Source of the DNA: Selaginella moellendorffii
Lineage: Eukaryota > Plantae > Lycopodiophyta
Reading direction: 5' to 3'
Assembly (NCBI RefSeq): GCF_000143415.4
Contig: NW_003314273.1
Location: 2,838,291 to 2,902,290 of the forward strand
DNA length: 64,000 bases
The notes below the pieces were generated by a model. It had not been told where the DNA came from. It made no database searches and saw nothing but the letters and a program-made list of their open reading frames with translations. Numbering within the stretch: the stretch's first letter is position 1; every line of letters begins with the position of its first letter. This document shows positions 40,191 to 54,211 of this stretch, piece after piece. The translations under genes and the position numbers were made by a program.

Positions 40191-41597
40191 ATGGCAATGC
40201 TTCGGGCAGGTCGGTTATGCCGGAGGTTTTCTTCTCTGTCAAAGGCGTCGCTAGACGTAGATGGTGTCTTCATGAACCGATGCGAACTGGCGAAGTTGCA
40301 GAGGGCGCTATCCAAGCGCCCGGGAGATGCCGGAGTCGTGGCGGCTCTGCAGGGGCCCAAGTCGTCGGGCAAGACCATGCTGATCAGCGAGTTTTGCAGG
40401 AGGCAGCGGAAAGGTATGTTTGCTGGAACGTCCACGTACGTGAGTCTTCGTCACCCTGGTGTCACCGACCCCGGGCGCTTGGCCGCGGGCCTCATGGGGG
40501 GCTTCCTCAAATCCGTATCGTCTTTCCGGGCTGTAGACACCGGGAACGATGTGGTCGGGCAATGGGCGATGGAGGTGGGGTTGAAGGATGAAGACTTGGA
40601 GACTCGTCCATTCGGCTATGGACACTTCCGACTGTTTGAGGAGCCAGAGCCCACGGGGATGGTTGCAGTGCTAGACGCTCTCAGGCGATGTTTCCTGTCA
40701 TGGAAGAAGATCTTAAAGCTCGAGGGCGGGCTCTATACGAAGGGTTTCCCTACAATCTTTGTTGACGAGGCCAGTGCTTTGATGTCGTGGACGGAAACGG
40801 CTGATGGGAGAGCGGCCATGGACCTGCTTTTCAGATGTCTGTTGGCGATGTCCCAGGAGGATTGTTCGACTAACGTCGTCCTGGGGTCGTCGGAGAGCTT
40901 CTTTGAGCGCTGGCTGGGCAACTGCACCCCCCTCGGAGGTCATCGTGTGGCGCAGTGGTACGTTGGACATTTCCCGGAGCCCCTCGCCAAGGCATATTTC
41001 ATGCGCCGGGTAGGGGAAGCCAAGCAGGCGGAGGTTGCTCCTCTGTGGGATGGCGTCTATCGCCTCTATGGCGGACAGGCGCTCGAGCTGAACCTCTTGG
41101 CGGGCTTGATTTGTGATTCTGAGCCGGGCGAAGCTGCGGAGGTCTTTCGAGGAGAAGCAGGGCTCTCAACCAGCAGTGCAGTTTCGGATGTGGTGTCAGG
41201 CTGGTCTCCCCGCCGCTTTGAGCGCTTTGATGGGAGAAGCGATGCGCTGTGGAAGCCAGAGGAATGGACTGAGGTGATAAGGGTGTGTGCAAAGGCGCCG
41301 GATGGTGTGGTGCCCAAGTGCGAGCTCAAGATAGCGCAAGATAGCGTTGACTCCATGATCGAGCACAATCTCCTTCAAGTGCAGCCTGTTATCAGCTGGG
41401 CTGAGAGCAGGACTGATCAAGACTTAGATTCCTATCCGCTTGACTCCATGATCGAGCACAATCTCCTTCAAGTGCAGCCTGTTATCAGCTGGGCTGAGAG
41501 CAGGACTGATCAAGACTTAGATTCCTATCCGCTTGTCATGCCAATGACAAAGGCAGAGCACCATGGGATGAAGGGGCTAGCCCGTCAATTTTCTTAA
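40191..41597 (+). CDS. Intronless P-loop ATPase (archaeal-ATPase/AAA_16-like) with putative mitochondrial presequence
   Basis: FMNRCELAKL, Walker A ALQGPKSSGKT, Walker B PTIFVDEA, VVLGSSESFF, LYGG..LEL. N-terminus MAMLRAGRLCRRFSSLS. Confidence 0.8.
   Translation: MAMLRAGRLCRRFSSLSKASLDVDGVFMNRCELAKLQRALSKRPGDAGVVAALQGPKSSGKTMLISEFCRRQRKGMFAGTSTYVSLRHPGVTDPGRLAAGLMGGFLKSVSSFRAVDTGNDVVGQWAMEVGLKDEDLETRPFGYGHFRLFEEPEPTGMVAVLDALRRCFLSWKKILKLEGGLYTKGFPTIFVDEASALMSWTETADGRAAMDLLFRCLLAMSQEDCSTNVVLGSSESFFERWLGNCTPLGGHRVAQWYVGHFPEPLAKAYFMRRVGEAKQAEVAPLWDGVYRLYGGQALELNLLAGLICDSEPGEAAEVFRGEAGLSTSSAVSDVVSGWSPRRFERFDGRSDALWKPEEWTEVIRVCAKAPDGVVPKCELKIAQDSVDSMIEHNLLQVQPVISWAESRTDQDLDSYPLDSMIEHNLLQVQPVISWAESRTDQDLDSYPLVMPMTKAEHHGMKGLARQFS
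41347..41532 (+). repeat. Exact in-frame 93-bp tandem duplication inside the ATPase
   Basis: DSMIEHNLLQVQPVISWAESRTDQDLDSYPL occurs twice. Units 41347-41439 and 41440-41532. Confidence 0.97.
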
Positions 41598-41856
41598 AGA
41601 ATGTAATCATAGTCAATTAAAGTCAACGAATAGTTATCTTCAACCTTCACTTAGATTTTTCAACGAGAGTGAGGACGGTAAAGTCGAGACTTTGTTCTCC
41701 AAACATTGCTATAATTGATTAAAGGTTCCTTTGTGATAAGCTAGAACGAATCGAAACGAGAACGTATATCGTTAAGTTTAAGCCGGGGTTTTCGCTCCCC
41801 AGCCCTAACCCAGGAACTCACGCAAGCGAGCGCGCTTGGGGCGAAGAGAGGCGGCG

Positions 41857-43813
<1,957 letters not shown>

Positions 43814-44054
43814 AGCGTCGCAAGAACCAATCTCTCTCAAAACTCTCAAATTGTACAGGATTGATGTAAATACTGCCCATCGCTTCGTGTGAATACGAAT
43901 AATACAAGAAAGATGTTCTTGATTTGGTGTTCTTGGTTAGCTACAAAGTTTCTTAAAAAAAACTACCAGGAATCTCGGAGAGCTCGATGGTTGGTCAGCT
44001 CTAAAGGAGAAAAGAGAAGAAAAAAAATTTACACTGGATCGTCCATTCCTTTTT

Positions 44055-45844
44055 TCACAATGCCTCGTGACACCCCGCCGTTTGCAAGAGCACTGCTTTG
44101 ATCTCTTCGGGGGCGATCTCGGCATCGCTACATTGCTGCAAAACAAGCCACCATTACCATTTGCACGAGAGGAAAAGAGAACTTATACCTCGGCACGAAA
44201 GACGTCGAGGACGAAGCCATTGAAGCAGCTGATAACAGCCTGCTGGACGTCCAGGCCAAGATCATCCAGAGCTCTCATTGTGGAGAGCAAAAGGCCTGGC
44301 GTTCTCGCGCAGAACATATGAATGTTAATTCCCTTGCCATCCCTTGTTCTCACCTCCACCTACAAAGACAAAGCCAAGGGGAATAAAAAAAACCATGAGA
44401 AAGGAACCACTTGGTCTTATACTACTATAGACTCCTACTATAGTACCTTTGCTGGCTGGAGATCTGTAGGAGGCCCGGGGAGCAACGGAAGCGGGGAGAT
44501 GCTGGACGCCGGACATTCCTCCTTGACGCAAGGAGCGAAACTTTGGGGCGAAAGCAACGCTCCGGATTGCTGCTGTGGCGGAATTCCCATGCTCCCTCCA
44601 TCTGCTGGGCCTTCCAGCTCGCTGTGGAGCTCGTTGATCCTCTGGAGGAGCTCCTTGAGATACTCGATCGCGTCACCCAGAATAGATGCTCTATCCATCT
44701 GACAAAATCAAACCAAGTTGAGTGTGAGTGAGAGCGAGAGGAGAAAAAGAGGTAAAGGCATGGAAAGAGGAGCGGGCGAGTGAATGCCAAGTTGCCCGAG
44801 TGGTTTGAAAGTACTCACCTTTGTAATTTTGGGGACCACCGAGCGAAGCATGTACAAGCGATCATTAAGCTTCTTCCGCCGTCGCCGCTCCGCCATGAGA
44901 TTCTTGGCCGGAAGGCCCTTGCGATTCCCCCGGCCGGAAGGGCCCTTGTCCGCCGCCTGGTGGCCGCCCATCGCCTCGTCATTCTCGCACAGAAGCCCGG
45001 ATCCATCGTCCATCTCCTCGTCCTCGCGGAGCTCCAGATCGACGGTGGCCATGTCGTCGGACGCCGACAGCACCGGGCTCCTCTTATGGACCAGCGGCTT
45101 CTTGCTCGGGCTGCTCGGCGGCGGCGGCGCTGGATGATGGAGAGAATCGTCGCCCATCTCGAGGGAAGAATCCGGCGGCGCTTTGATCGCCCCGACGGCT
45201 GCTGCTATGGATGGAGATGTTTGCCCGCTCCCTGTATGCTGCTGCTGCTCGTGATGGTGATGGTTGTTCTTCCCGGACTTGGGCTTGGTCACCATCGAGG
45301 AGTGATCCTTGAATTCTCCTCCACTGCCACCTCCAAAGCAGTCGCCAAAAATGCCATTGCCGCTCTTGATCATCCCAATGCTGAGGCTGCTCCCAATTCC
45401 ACTGAAATTCCCAAAGCTCGCGCCAGTGCTGGGGCCGAAGAGAGCTGGGAAGTCGAGGATCTGGCTGCCCGCCATGTCGGGCAGGAAGCCCGAGTGGAGA
45501 TTGGCCACCGAGGACGAGGAAGAACACGCCGAGGAGGAAGCGGTGGCGTGGTGGTGGAAGCCGTTCCGGATGGGAGGCGGCGGTGGCAGCAATCCGGGCG
45601 AGAAATCGGTGATGAAGCAGCCGCCGGGCATGGAGGACTCGTCCAGGAAGGCGGACAAGCCGGTGGACCTGGCGTCGGATTTGCTGGCGGAGTTTGAGGC
45701 GGCGGCGGCGGCAGCCATGAAGTGGTGATGCGAGGGCTGCGCTCCTCCTCCAGCGGCGCTAGGGTAAGAAGGCATGTCATCGATGAGCGAGCCATCGTAC
45801 CAATCCTCCTCAAACGAGCCGTGGAGTGCCTGATCGACCACCAT
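44055..45844 (-). CDS. ICE1: ICE1/SCREAM-type bHLH (subgroup IIIb) with C-terminal ACT-like domain
   Basis: [34 protein letters not shown]|[29 protein letters not shown], then [47 protein letters not shown]. Confidence 0.95.
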
Positions 45845-47489
45845 AGCCTGCGCGGCAAGGGAAATTTCTCATCCAGGCGATCGATCACGCGGAGATCCAA
45901 GAAAGAATACCTTGTGCGGTGGCTGATGCTGCTGCTGCTGCTGCCGATCGTCCCCTATCGGCACCGTCCTGCGAAATTTCGAATCAAACAGTGAAAATTT
46001 CGGGAGAATCGCGGCAAGAACAGCACCTCATCTCCGATCCCTCGCCCCAGATTCCCTCCCTGCACAAGACGCTCGCATCCGACGCCATGGAATGAGAGCG
46101 CGCGCGCGCCGCGATGGTCGATCACCTCTCGGATTTCGGCATCACGAATGGCGCATTCCCGTCCCTGCGATCGCGATCATCTTTGTAGATTCGCCAGCGC
46201 CAAATTCTTTCTTGGCGGGGCGGCGTTGCCAGGCACCGCCCAACACGAAACACAAGGAAGCAAATCAAAGAAAAGGAAAAATTCACCGCACTTGAAATTC
46301 TTACCATGCGAGCTCCGTTTGTGTGACGGAACCGTCAGCCAAACGAAAAAGCGCGCCCTCCGTCCGGGCGACTGACTCCGCTAGACCGTCGGGCGTCAGC
46401 CCCGTCGGCGTGTACGGCGCCCGTGCCGTCGGATCTTACCGCATCGCACGGCTCCTGCAGCGCCACGGCGGTCCTCGGCATTGAATGCCGCGAATGCGAC
46501 GGGTTTGAAGAACACACCAACCCGTTCGTACCATCGTCTAGATCATGTATCGTACGGACGATGATCAATCCTATTAGGAGAACTTGCAATGAACAAGAGA
46601 AAAAGGAGAGAACGAGAAACGATAGGCGCCGTGCTAGTCCCAAAGAGGAACGTCAACTTCATTAGGTCTTAATAGGTGGTGGGGCAAGATTCTGGAAAAA
46701 GGGAATCTTTACATACAGGGGCTTCTTCGATTTGATCAGTGCACCGCCTTCTCAAAAGCAGACGTAACCAAGCCCATGAAACAATTAGGTTGGAAAAGTT
46801 GGCGCAGTGGAATTCTCTGATTGCTTGGAATGGAATGGAAAGAAGATTGATGGACTGGTTGATTGATTGATTGATTGATTGCGTCCAAGCGTGTGGAACA
46901 ACCAGACAACGTCATCCATGTGAGAGAAGCTTTCGCGCACAGCTTTGCGGGGGGAATTTTTGCAGCATCTCCTTTGTTCTTCGTTTTATCTTCCCTGTGG
47001 CTATCAAAGAAAAAAACAAAAGCAACGCCGCGACACAGGAAGGAGGATCAGAAGAAGCAAGAGGAAACAAACATATATACTTCTCTTTTGTGCTTACGAG
47101 CAAGACGTTATAAGTCGCGTCCTAATGCGACACTGGATCGATCGCTGCTGCGGCTGTGCTGTGCTGTGCTTGAATGGAGCGAAGGATGAGGATCTATCTC
47201 TGTCGATCGAAACTGACGTTCGCCCATCATCTCACTCTGGTGTTTTGCTCAAGTAATCTCGGATAAAAGTCGCTCTCCCTGACACATAAAACACGCAGAG
47301 TATAAACTTTTCAAGTGTACAAGCAAGAACCTGTTCCCGGTTCTTCGAGCTTTGTCGTGTGCTTCATAAATGTAACCAATCGCTGGCTTCCCAAATTCGC
47401 CTCCTATTCAGGTCAGCCACATCAATCAGATAAACTCACTCGGAGTTTTCTAAAGAGAAAACAAAAGCTTGTTTTCTCGAATAAATCTC

Positions 47490-48930
47490 TTACCAAACAA
47501 CACGCTCGCCAGTGTGGTCACCACACTCACATGCAAAAATCCGAGAGAGTGCACAAGAGAATCTAGCAAGGTGGTGGAGCTGCACAGACAAACGAAATCC
47601 GAGATTTGTAAGTTTTCCTCGTCTCGAGATGCGTAAAAAATTGGCTGGAAAGCGAGAGACGGGAGAAAAGGGAAGAAAACAAACAAAGCAACCAACCTGG
47701 ATGGACGAGGAATTGGGAAACAACGCCGTACAGGAAAATTGGCGATTCTTGAGGTGCCTCCTGAGATAGATCTGGATGGCGTTTCTTTAGCTCAAGACGC
47801 ACGAAGCTTCTCTTTTCGGTGACCACTCGGGAACACCTACGAGTATTAGATCTGCAGAAAAGAAAGAGAGAAAAGATAAAAGCCAAACAACAAACAAAAG
47901 AGAAAGCCAGCCTTGCTACCTTTGTCCTTTTTCTCCAGCTGTTGGAATTTCATCCTTGTTGATGAGTTCGGTTCCTTTGCACCAAATGCCGCGAGGGGAG
48001 GTATGAATTTCCTGCACATTCAATTCCCAAGAGCTTTTAAGATCCTTTCTTTCCTTTCCCTCGCGAGCGAAATGAAGAACTTGCCGTTGAAGTGGAGTCG
48101 AGTGTGTCAAAACTTTAAAACCAATGAATGTCAAACCCTGTGGACAAATCTTGCGTGTTCTGTAGCTTCGAAGCTGGGAGAGGAAGCATTATTCATGCGT
48201 GATGGCTGGCTGGCACACGCCTGTTGACAAAATCTACACTGATTTGTCAAGAATCTGGGGCAAAAGCAAAATTACCTGGCTGTTCTTGAGCGGCAATTTA
48301 AGTCACAAATCTCTTTCCAAGTTGTGACCTCTCCAAAGACTTCCATTAGTTTTTGATTTCCTAATTTTTTCTTCCTCCTCTTTTCGCTGCGTATTTCCTG
48401 CACAGCAGCAGCTGCAGCAGCAGCAGCATCATCATCTTCGTTTCTAACAGAATGAAATGGAAATGCTTAAAACAAGTCACCTCTGTTGGCGACAAGGACG
48501 ACGCTCTCTCTCTCTCTTTGCGTTTGCGAACGAGAGACTAATGTTCTTCCCGCAAGCGCAGATGTTAAAAATCGCGTTCGTCCCAAGTTTTAATGTCCTA
48601 TGCACATGCCAGGAATTGAAATAAAAACTCGCGACAGCGACGCGTCTGGATCCAGCAGCGCAGCGAGCAAGCAGAGCGGCAAAAGGAATGTCAACCTCGG
48701 GAGCTATCGGATCAAGATGATCCTCCCGGAAACATCAGCGTCAAGAGAAAAGAAAAAGAGGCACACAAACAACAAAACCATCGGTCGCAAGCCAGGCGAC
48801 GCGGCAGCGCCAATGCAGCGCCGCAACAGTAATCTAATCCACCCCCGAATCTAAAATTCAATGCTTACCGGAGCCCTACTACCGCCCGCGCCCATCGCCA
48901 TCGCCATCGCCATTGCCCCCAAAACCCTAG
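47490..48930 (-). ncRNA. Putative unannotated spliced transcript (lncRNA or orphan gene)
   Basis: Telo-box aaaaccctag at about 48921, short first exon ATG GCG...CCG|gtaagc (48913-48869), and GT-AG introns of typical size with pyrimidine tracts at 48221-48275, 47852-47919 and 47645-47696. Confidence 0.5.
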
Positions 48931-51334
48931 AACAGAGTGTTAGGGCTTTAGTTTTAAATTTGGAATATTCACCACTACTTGGCGCGGGATTTTCGGGTGC
49001 ATTGAACTTGGATGCCCAGCATAAAGAAATCCAGCCCTGTTTATACATTTTTCTCTTTGTAGCAGAGTCTTTTGTAGGGAGCACCAGCTTTACTCCTTGG
49101 ATTGTGGAATTCACCAAAAAGTATAAAATAGACAGCCAAATTATAAAATAAAACTCTAAAAAATAAACCAAGAGAAAATTTCAGATGCGTTTCATAAGGC
49201 GCCTCCCAAATTCGCGGCCTGGCACCAAATTTTTTAAAATCCGCTGCCCGATTGATTGATTCCCATGGGTTTAGCTTCGGACAGCTCAAAGACACAAGCC
49301 TTTCTATTTTTATCTCCCCGCGAGCTAAAGAATCACTAAAATCAAGCCACAAGCCACGACTGGGTCTCGGCACCGCCCTCCACGGCCATCAAGGTCTCTT
49401 TCCTAAAACCATGAAAAATCTCTCGATCGAATCCATATCGAATTGTGTGTTTGGAATAAACTGGAGGCACAAGCGGCCAGCGAGCAGACACCAAATGCCA
49501 CATCCAAAAATTCCACACCACCCCACCAACAAGCAAGGCGCCGAGTTGACACGAGTACGGCACTAGACAATCCCCGTACGGACGCCTTTGACCGGCCAGT
49601 CTCGGCAATTAGAAAGAAAGAGAAATAGGAAAAGCTTGAAATGAGGCAGAGATTTAAAGGCAAAGAAAAGAAATCCTGGCCGCTGTCCCCAGCCTTGTCG
49701 TTCGTGCTCTTGTTGTTGCCACTGTTGCTTGTGGCGAGGCATGGCACAGAGAACACAGTGGCCCCACATTTTATGATAGACAAAGAAAAAACATCGAGTT
49801 TTGGGCATATAAAGGGCTGCGGGGAATCAATCGGGATAGATAGATTCGCTGGAGATTCGGCTGCTTGAATGAGGACACTAGCAAGGAAGGCGGGAGCAAA
49901 TTGCCAAGGGGAAGACGAGACATTCAGCCAGTCGAATCAAGCGGAATCGGTATTATATCTCCGGCCGTTACAGACTTTTGGAGAGAAGAAGGTGGCGGAC
50001 ATTGAGTGATTGATTGAGAGTCCAAGCTCGCCAACCAAAACGGTTGTTCCTGGAAAGGGGAATCTAACTTACCCCGGTCTCCAGGTCTTGGTCTCTTTTA
50101 GGTCAAGTCGTTCTTGTTAGGGTTCTTACGGTAAGGAAAAAATGAGCTTTGACCTTTTGCAAAACCCTAAAAAAAAGCTGTCCGGCCAGCACTCACATGC
50201 CACTGCCAAATGCCACAGATGTTACTCCAGACAGCCAGTCAAGAAAGCGACACACATTAGCTTACCATTGGCTACCCAGTAGCACACAACAGCTATAACA
50301 AAAATCAAATAAGAATTTCTACGAAACTATTTCTAGACGTACAGTGTATAGCTACGAAATACGTAAACTGCAGAGCGGGGATATTCTCTTACAGATTCCT
50401 ACGCCACCTATCTAGCCCTAACTTCGACGTAACGCTCATATACTCTAGTTTTTCTTGCATTGCGCCTTGTGGCCCCGCATTATTGAACGGAGCAGAATTT
50501 AGTGGATCTTCCAATGTGACTGAAGTTTCCAAGCATCAAAATCAATCAATCAGGAAACAATATATATATATACACACACACACAAAGATTTAAGATAAGC
50601 TTTGCCTGCCTCATCCTTTGCGCACATTGGGAGGAGCGCGAATTTAGACCATATCCCCTGCTGCACAACAGCAAACCAAAGGCTGGCCCGGCCCGGGGCA
50701 TATTCTAATCGCTTTGACCTGGAATCTCTCCGGGACGAGTTAAGAAATGCTGTAACCCAGCATTAGGATCAATCAGTGTATCCCATTTGGATAAACTAGA
50801 TTAGAATAAGATAGTTTAATGGCCCTAGCTGATGATAACAACAAGCCCTACGACGAGCAACCAAAGTCTAGCCAGCAAAACGTCGTTGGGGTTCTCTGCG
50901 TTTGTCCAGAGATTTTATTGCTGGGTTGGGCCTCTCGCGTCTCTCGCTTTATACATGAGAAAGAGAGGAGGAGCGAGAGATCTTGCGGGGAAATCTTTGG
51001 GCAGTGGCTGCCGGGATCGAGACTGGAGATCTTTCTTTGGGGGAATTGATGTTCCTCCAAGAAACTCCATCAATGGCATGACAAAAGAACCTCGCGATCA
51101 TGCCAACCAAAGCCAAAGTCCCATGTTGTTGGGATTTCTCACAAAAAGGGGTTTTTTAAAAAAAGAAAACATTAAAAAAAAACGGAAAAGAGAGAAAATG
51201 ACAAAAAATCGCGGGAAAATGCCAGGGAATATTCGCGCGGCACTCACGAAAAACCAAAGGAATGACGACACTAGGAAGCGGTGGGCGACTAGTATCTGGG
51301 AAATCTTTTCGCGCACCGTGTGAAGAGGGCGGGT

Positions 51335-51561
51335 CCGTACCCGACACCCGCCACGTGGCGCTGGACCATGACGCTCATCGGGAGGGCATATCTACGGCGA
51401 CTGTCGCGCGGCAGGTAGGGACCACCCACACTCGCGGGGGGTGCGATTAAGCCCCTTGATGTGGTCATAATAACCGTCGGATTCTCCTAAATCATGCCCC
51501 TCTCGGACGACAAAGATTGTTGAAACGACGGCCAAGATTCCGCCGGCGGGGCCCACACGTG
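51335..51561 (+). promoter_or_regulatory. GC-rich cis-element cluster upstream of the SPL/TIE-like gene (TCP sites, G-boxes, TGTCGG, GTAC)
   Basis: gggaccac at 51418-51425, ggggcccac at 51548-51556, gccacgtggc at 51350-51359, cacgtg at 51556-51561, ccgaca at 51341, cgtac at 51336. Confidence 0.45.
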
Positions 51562-52105
51562 GCGCACATCGTCGCCGTCCGCAGCCGGCCGAGCGCGGCG
51601 GGGAATGCCGTCGCGATGCAGCCGACGGCCGCGATCGGCCCTTGGCACGGAATGTCCAGGGCGTGGGCTTTACATTCCATGGCCCTTCTCTCTTAACAAC
51701 AGGGATGGATAGATAGCCCACAGACAGACACAACAGAATACAACAGGTTGGGAGGAAGAGACACGAGAGAGAGTGATCGATTCATCGCGTTGTTTTGCGC
51801 CTTGCGTCCGTGCGCGTTTCCTTCGATCGATCGATCGCTCGGGTTCTTGCAATCCATCCATGGCGCCGGCTGTGAGCTCCTCTCTTCTTTCCCCGCGGGG
51901 ATCCGTTCTTTGTGCGAAGAAAACGGCAGCGCCGGCGAGCGCGATCTTCCTCTTCTAGCGATCGCGAATGGAGGGATTGATGTGTGCGGCAGCCAATCCA
52001 TGAGCGGCATTCGACTGTATCGATCGATCTAGCAGCGCGTTTAGATCTTCCCTCTCTTCTTTCTCGAAATATTTCATTTCCCCCTCTTTGCCTCGCAATA
52101 TTTCC

Positions 52106-53963
52106 ATGGCAGTGCCCTCGGATCACCAGCACCGGCGCTCGAAGAAATCCAAGAACGGGCAGAAGAAGCAGCCGCAGCGAGGGCTGGGCGTGGCGCAGCT
52201 GGAGCGGCTGCGAATCCAGGAGGAGAGCAAGAAAGCGATGCTAGCATCGTCGTCGTTCGCGGCGGCCGGATCTTGCTTCCAAGCTCAGCAAGGTCGGGTC
52301 TCGGCGCTCTGCCTCTCGGCTCCTCATAATCCTCCTCTCCATCTCCATCACATCTCCCCGGCGCAGCAAGGATCTGGCGGTGGCGCTGCGGCGGCGTATC
52401 GCCCCTCGAATCTTCCCTTCCTCGCGTCGCTAGGGACGAGCGCGAGCTCGAGGCAGCAGCAGCACAAGGCCAGTCTCGATCCTAATCTTGCCAATATTTC
52501 GCAGCATTCTGTGATCCATCAGCTGGATCACGCGCTCATGGCGAAGATCCATGGCCAGGCCTCTGCCGATAGCAGCTCTTGCAAATCCGGGATCTCATCC
52601 GATGCCTCGGCTGCTGCTACCGTTGCCGCCTCTCACCACCTCTTTGGAAGACGCAGCGGAAGATCCTCGTCCTCCGCATCGCCGTGCTCGTCCCAGCACA
52701 ACAGCAAGCCCGATCACGTCTTCGACGAGAGCGATGAGTCGAGCAGAGGCGCCGCCGCCGCTGCTGCCCCACCGTTCGTGTTCCTGGGATCTTCATCCTC
52801 GTGCTCTTCCGAGGCCAACCACAGGAGCACTACTATCCCCTTGATGATCCAGCCGGGGAGCAGTAGCAACAACATCGTCAAGGACAACCTTCCCGAGTCG
52901 TCCGAGATGTTTGATCCATTGTTTCGGACTCGCGCTCGTCGGGTCTACGGTGATGGCAGAGATTGGCCAGGGGTAAGTGGAAAGCTCTCGGGCTCTCGAG
53001 TTTGATTGATCAACCCATCTTGGTTTGGTTCTTGTGTAGATTCACACCCATGGCATTCCTGCTATCAAGGAGCTCTCTTCATTCCAAATACCAGGCAATA
53101 CCATCCCAGCATTGTCGTCACCCAACAAGGTAAGCTAGTTCTTCCCAGTTCCTCTTCGATGCCCGATATGACCCACAAAGTTGGTATTTATGCCAGGCTT
53201 GTTGGACGGGTGCCCGAGATGGAGTAGCCGACTTGGGTTCCGGCTACTCGGGCTCGGTGGACAAAGGGTCCAGCGTCAAGATGATGTAAGAGTTGGAGAT
53301 CTCCTTGTTTGGTTTTGTTCTAACGATTGGCCCCTTGGGTGTTTCTCTCAGTGCTACTGCTTCATCGTCGCCCAGGAGTCTCTCGGCGGCGTCGAGCTGG
53401 GCGAGATCCGAGGTTTGCTTCTCGTTCGAGCAGCAGCTCAAGGACAGCTGCTCCAGCTCGCTCAAGAACGCCGCCACCATCACCAACAGTAGCACCAACT
53501 TGGAGGCGACCTCGTCTACCAAGCCGGCTTCCTGTGACTTCCTGACGCTGGCGCTGGCAGCTCCTGATCCTCGCCCCCAATTCCACAAGCGGCCGAGCAG
53601 CGGACTGCCAGACTTAAAACCCGATGACGACGAATCGTCGAAGTTCGCGGTGACCACCCCCCAGGTGAGTGACAAAACTTAGAAAAATCCAGGACTGTTT
53701 TAATTCGCAGCACCACTTGGCGAATGCTTGAAGATCTACATGGCTTGACTGTTCGTTCGTCGTTTTTGTTCTTCCAGGAGGCGTCCGGCGAAACCGACGA
53801 TCACTGGCTGCTCAAGAATCACCATCAGCTGGCCAGGAAATCGATCAAGCTCCAGCATTTTGGCACTCCATCCATGGCGCCGGCATCGCCTTTCATGCTG
53901 GACCTGAGCCTCAAAGTTCCATCGATCGAGGAGTCGTCGCTGGAGCTCAAGCTCGCCTTGTGA
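52106..53963 (+). CDS. SPOROCYTELESS/NOZZLE-TIE1-like (SPEAR) EAR-motif repressor
   Basis: N-terminal KKQPQRGLGVAQLERLR motif, KELSSFQ, DFLTLAL, C-terminal LDLSLK and LELKLAL* EAR motifs. Internal exon boundaries are approximate. Confidence 0.88.
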
Positions 53964-54211
53964 TCATCTCAAAGTAAGATTTTTCCCACAGCGAAGAAAC
54001 CAAAAAACCAAACAGTTCAAACTCTTCGTTGTTGGGAAGAAACCAAACAAAAAGAAATTCCATTCCAGGCAAAGTGGAAAGGAATTTCATCTCATTTTAC
54101 TATATAATCTTTTCTACGAACAGTGTAACTAGTCTTTTAAAAGTATTGTAGGGTTCTTTGGGGGTTTTAGCTAGGTCATGGTGGGAGAGTGAGATCCGGG
54201 GCGCGGTCGAG

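Noticed and set aside
46386-46432. Three ccgtcgg (CCGAC-core) motifs upstream of ICE/SCRM as DRE/CRT elements
   Set aside because: Short motif in very GC-rich DNA, and only one matches RCCGAC.
45900-52000. Known conserved MIRNA hairpin in the long intergenic region
   Set aside because: A by-eye search for miR156/160/166/171/319/390/396/408/529/535 mature sequences found no match. Lineage-specific miRNAs cannot be excluded.
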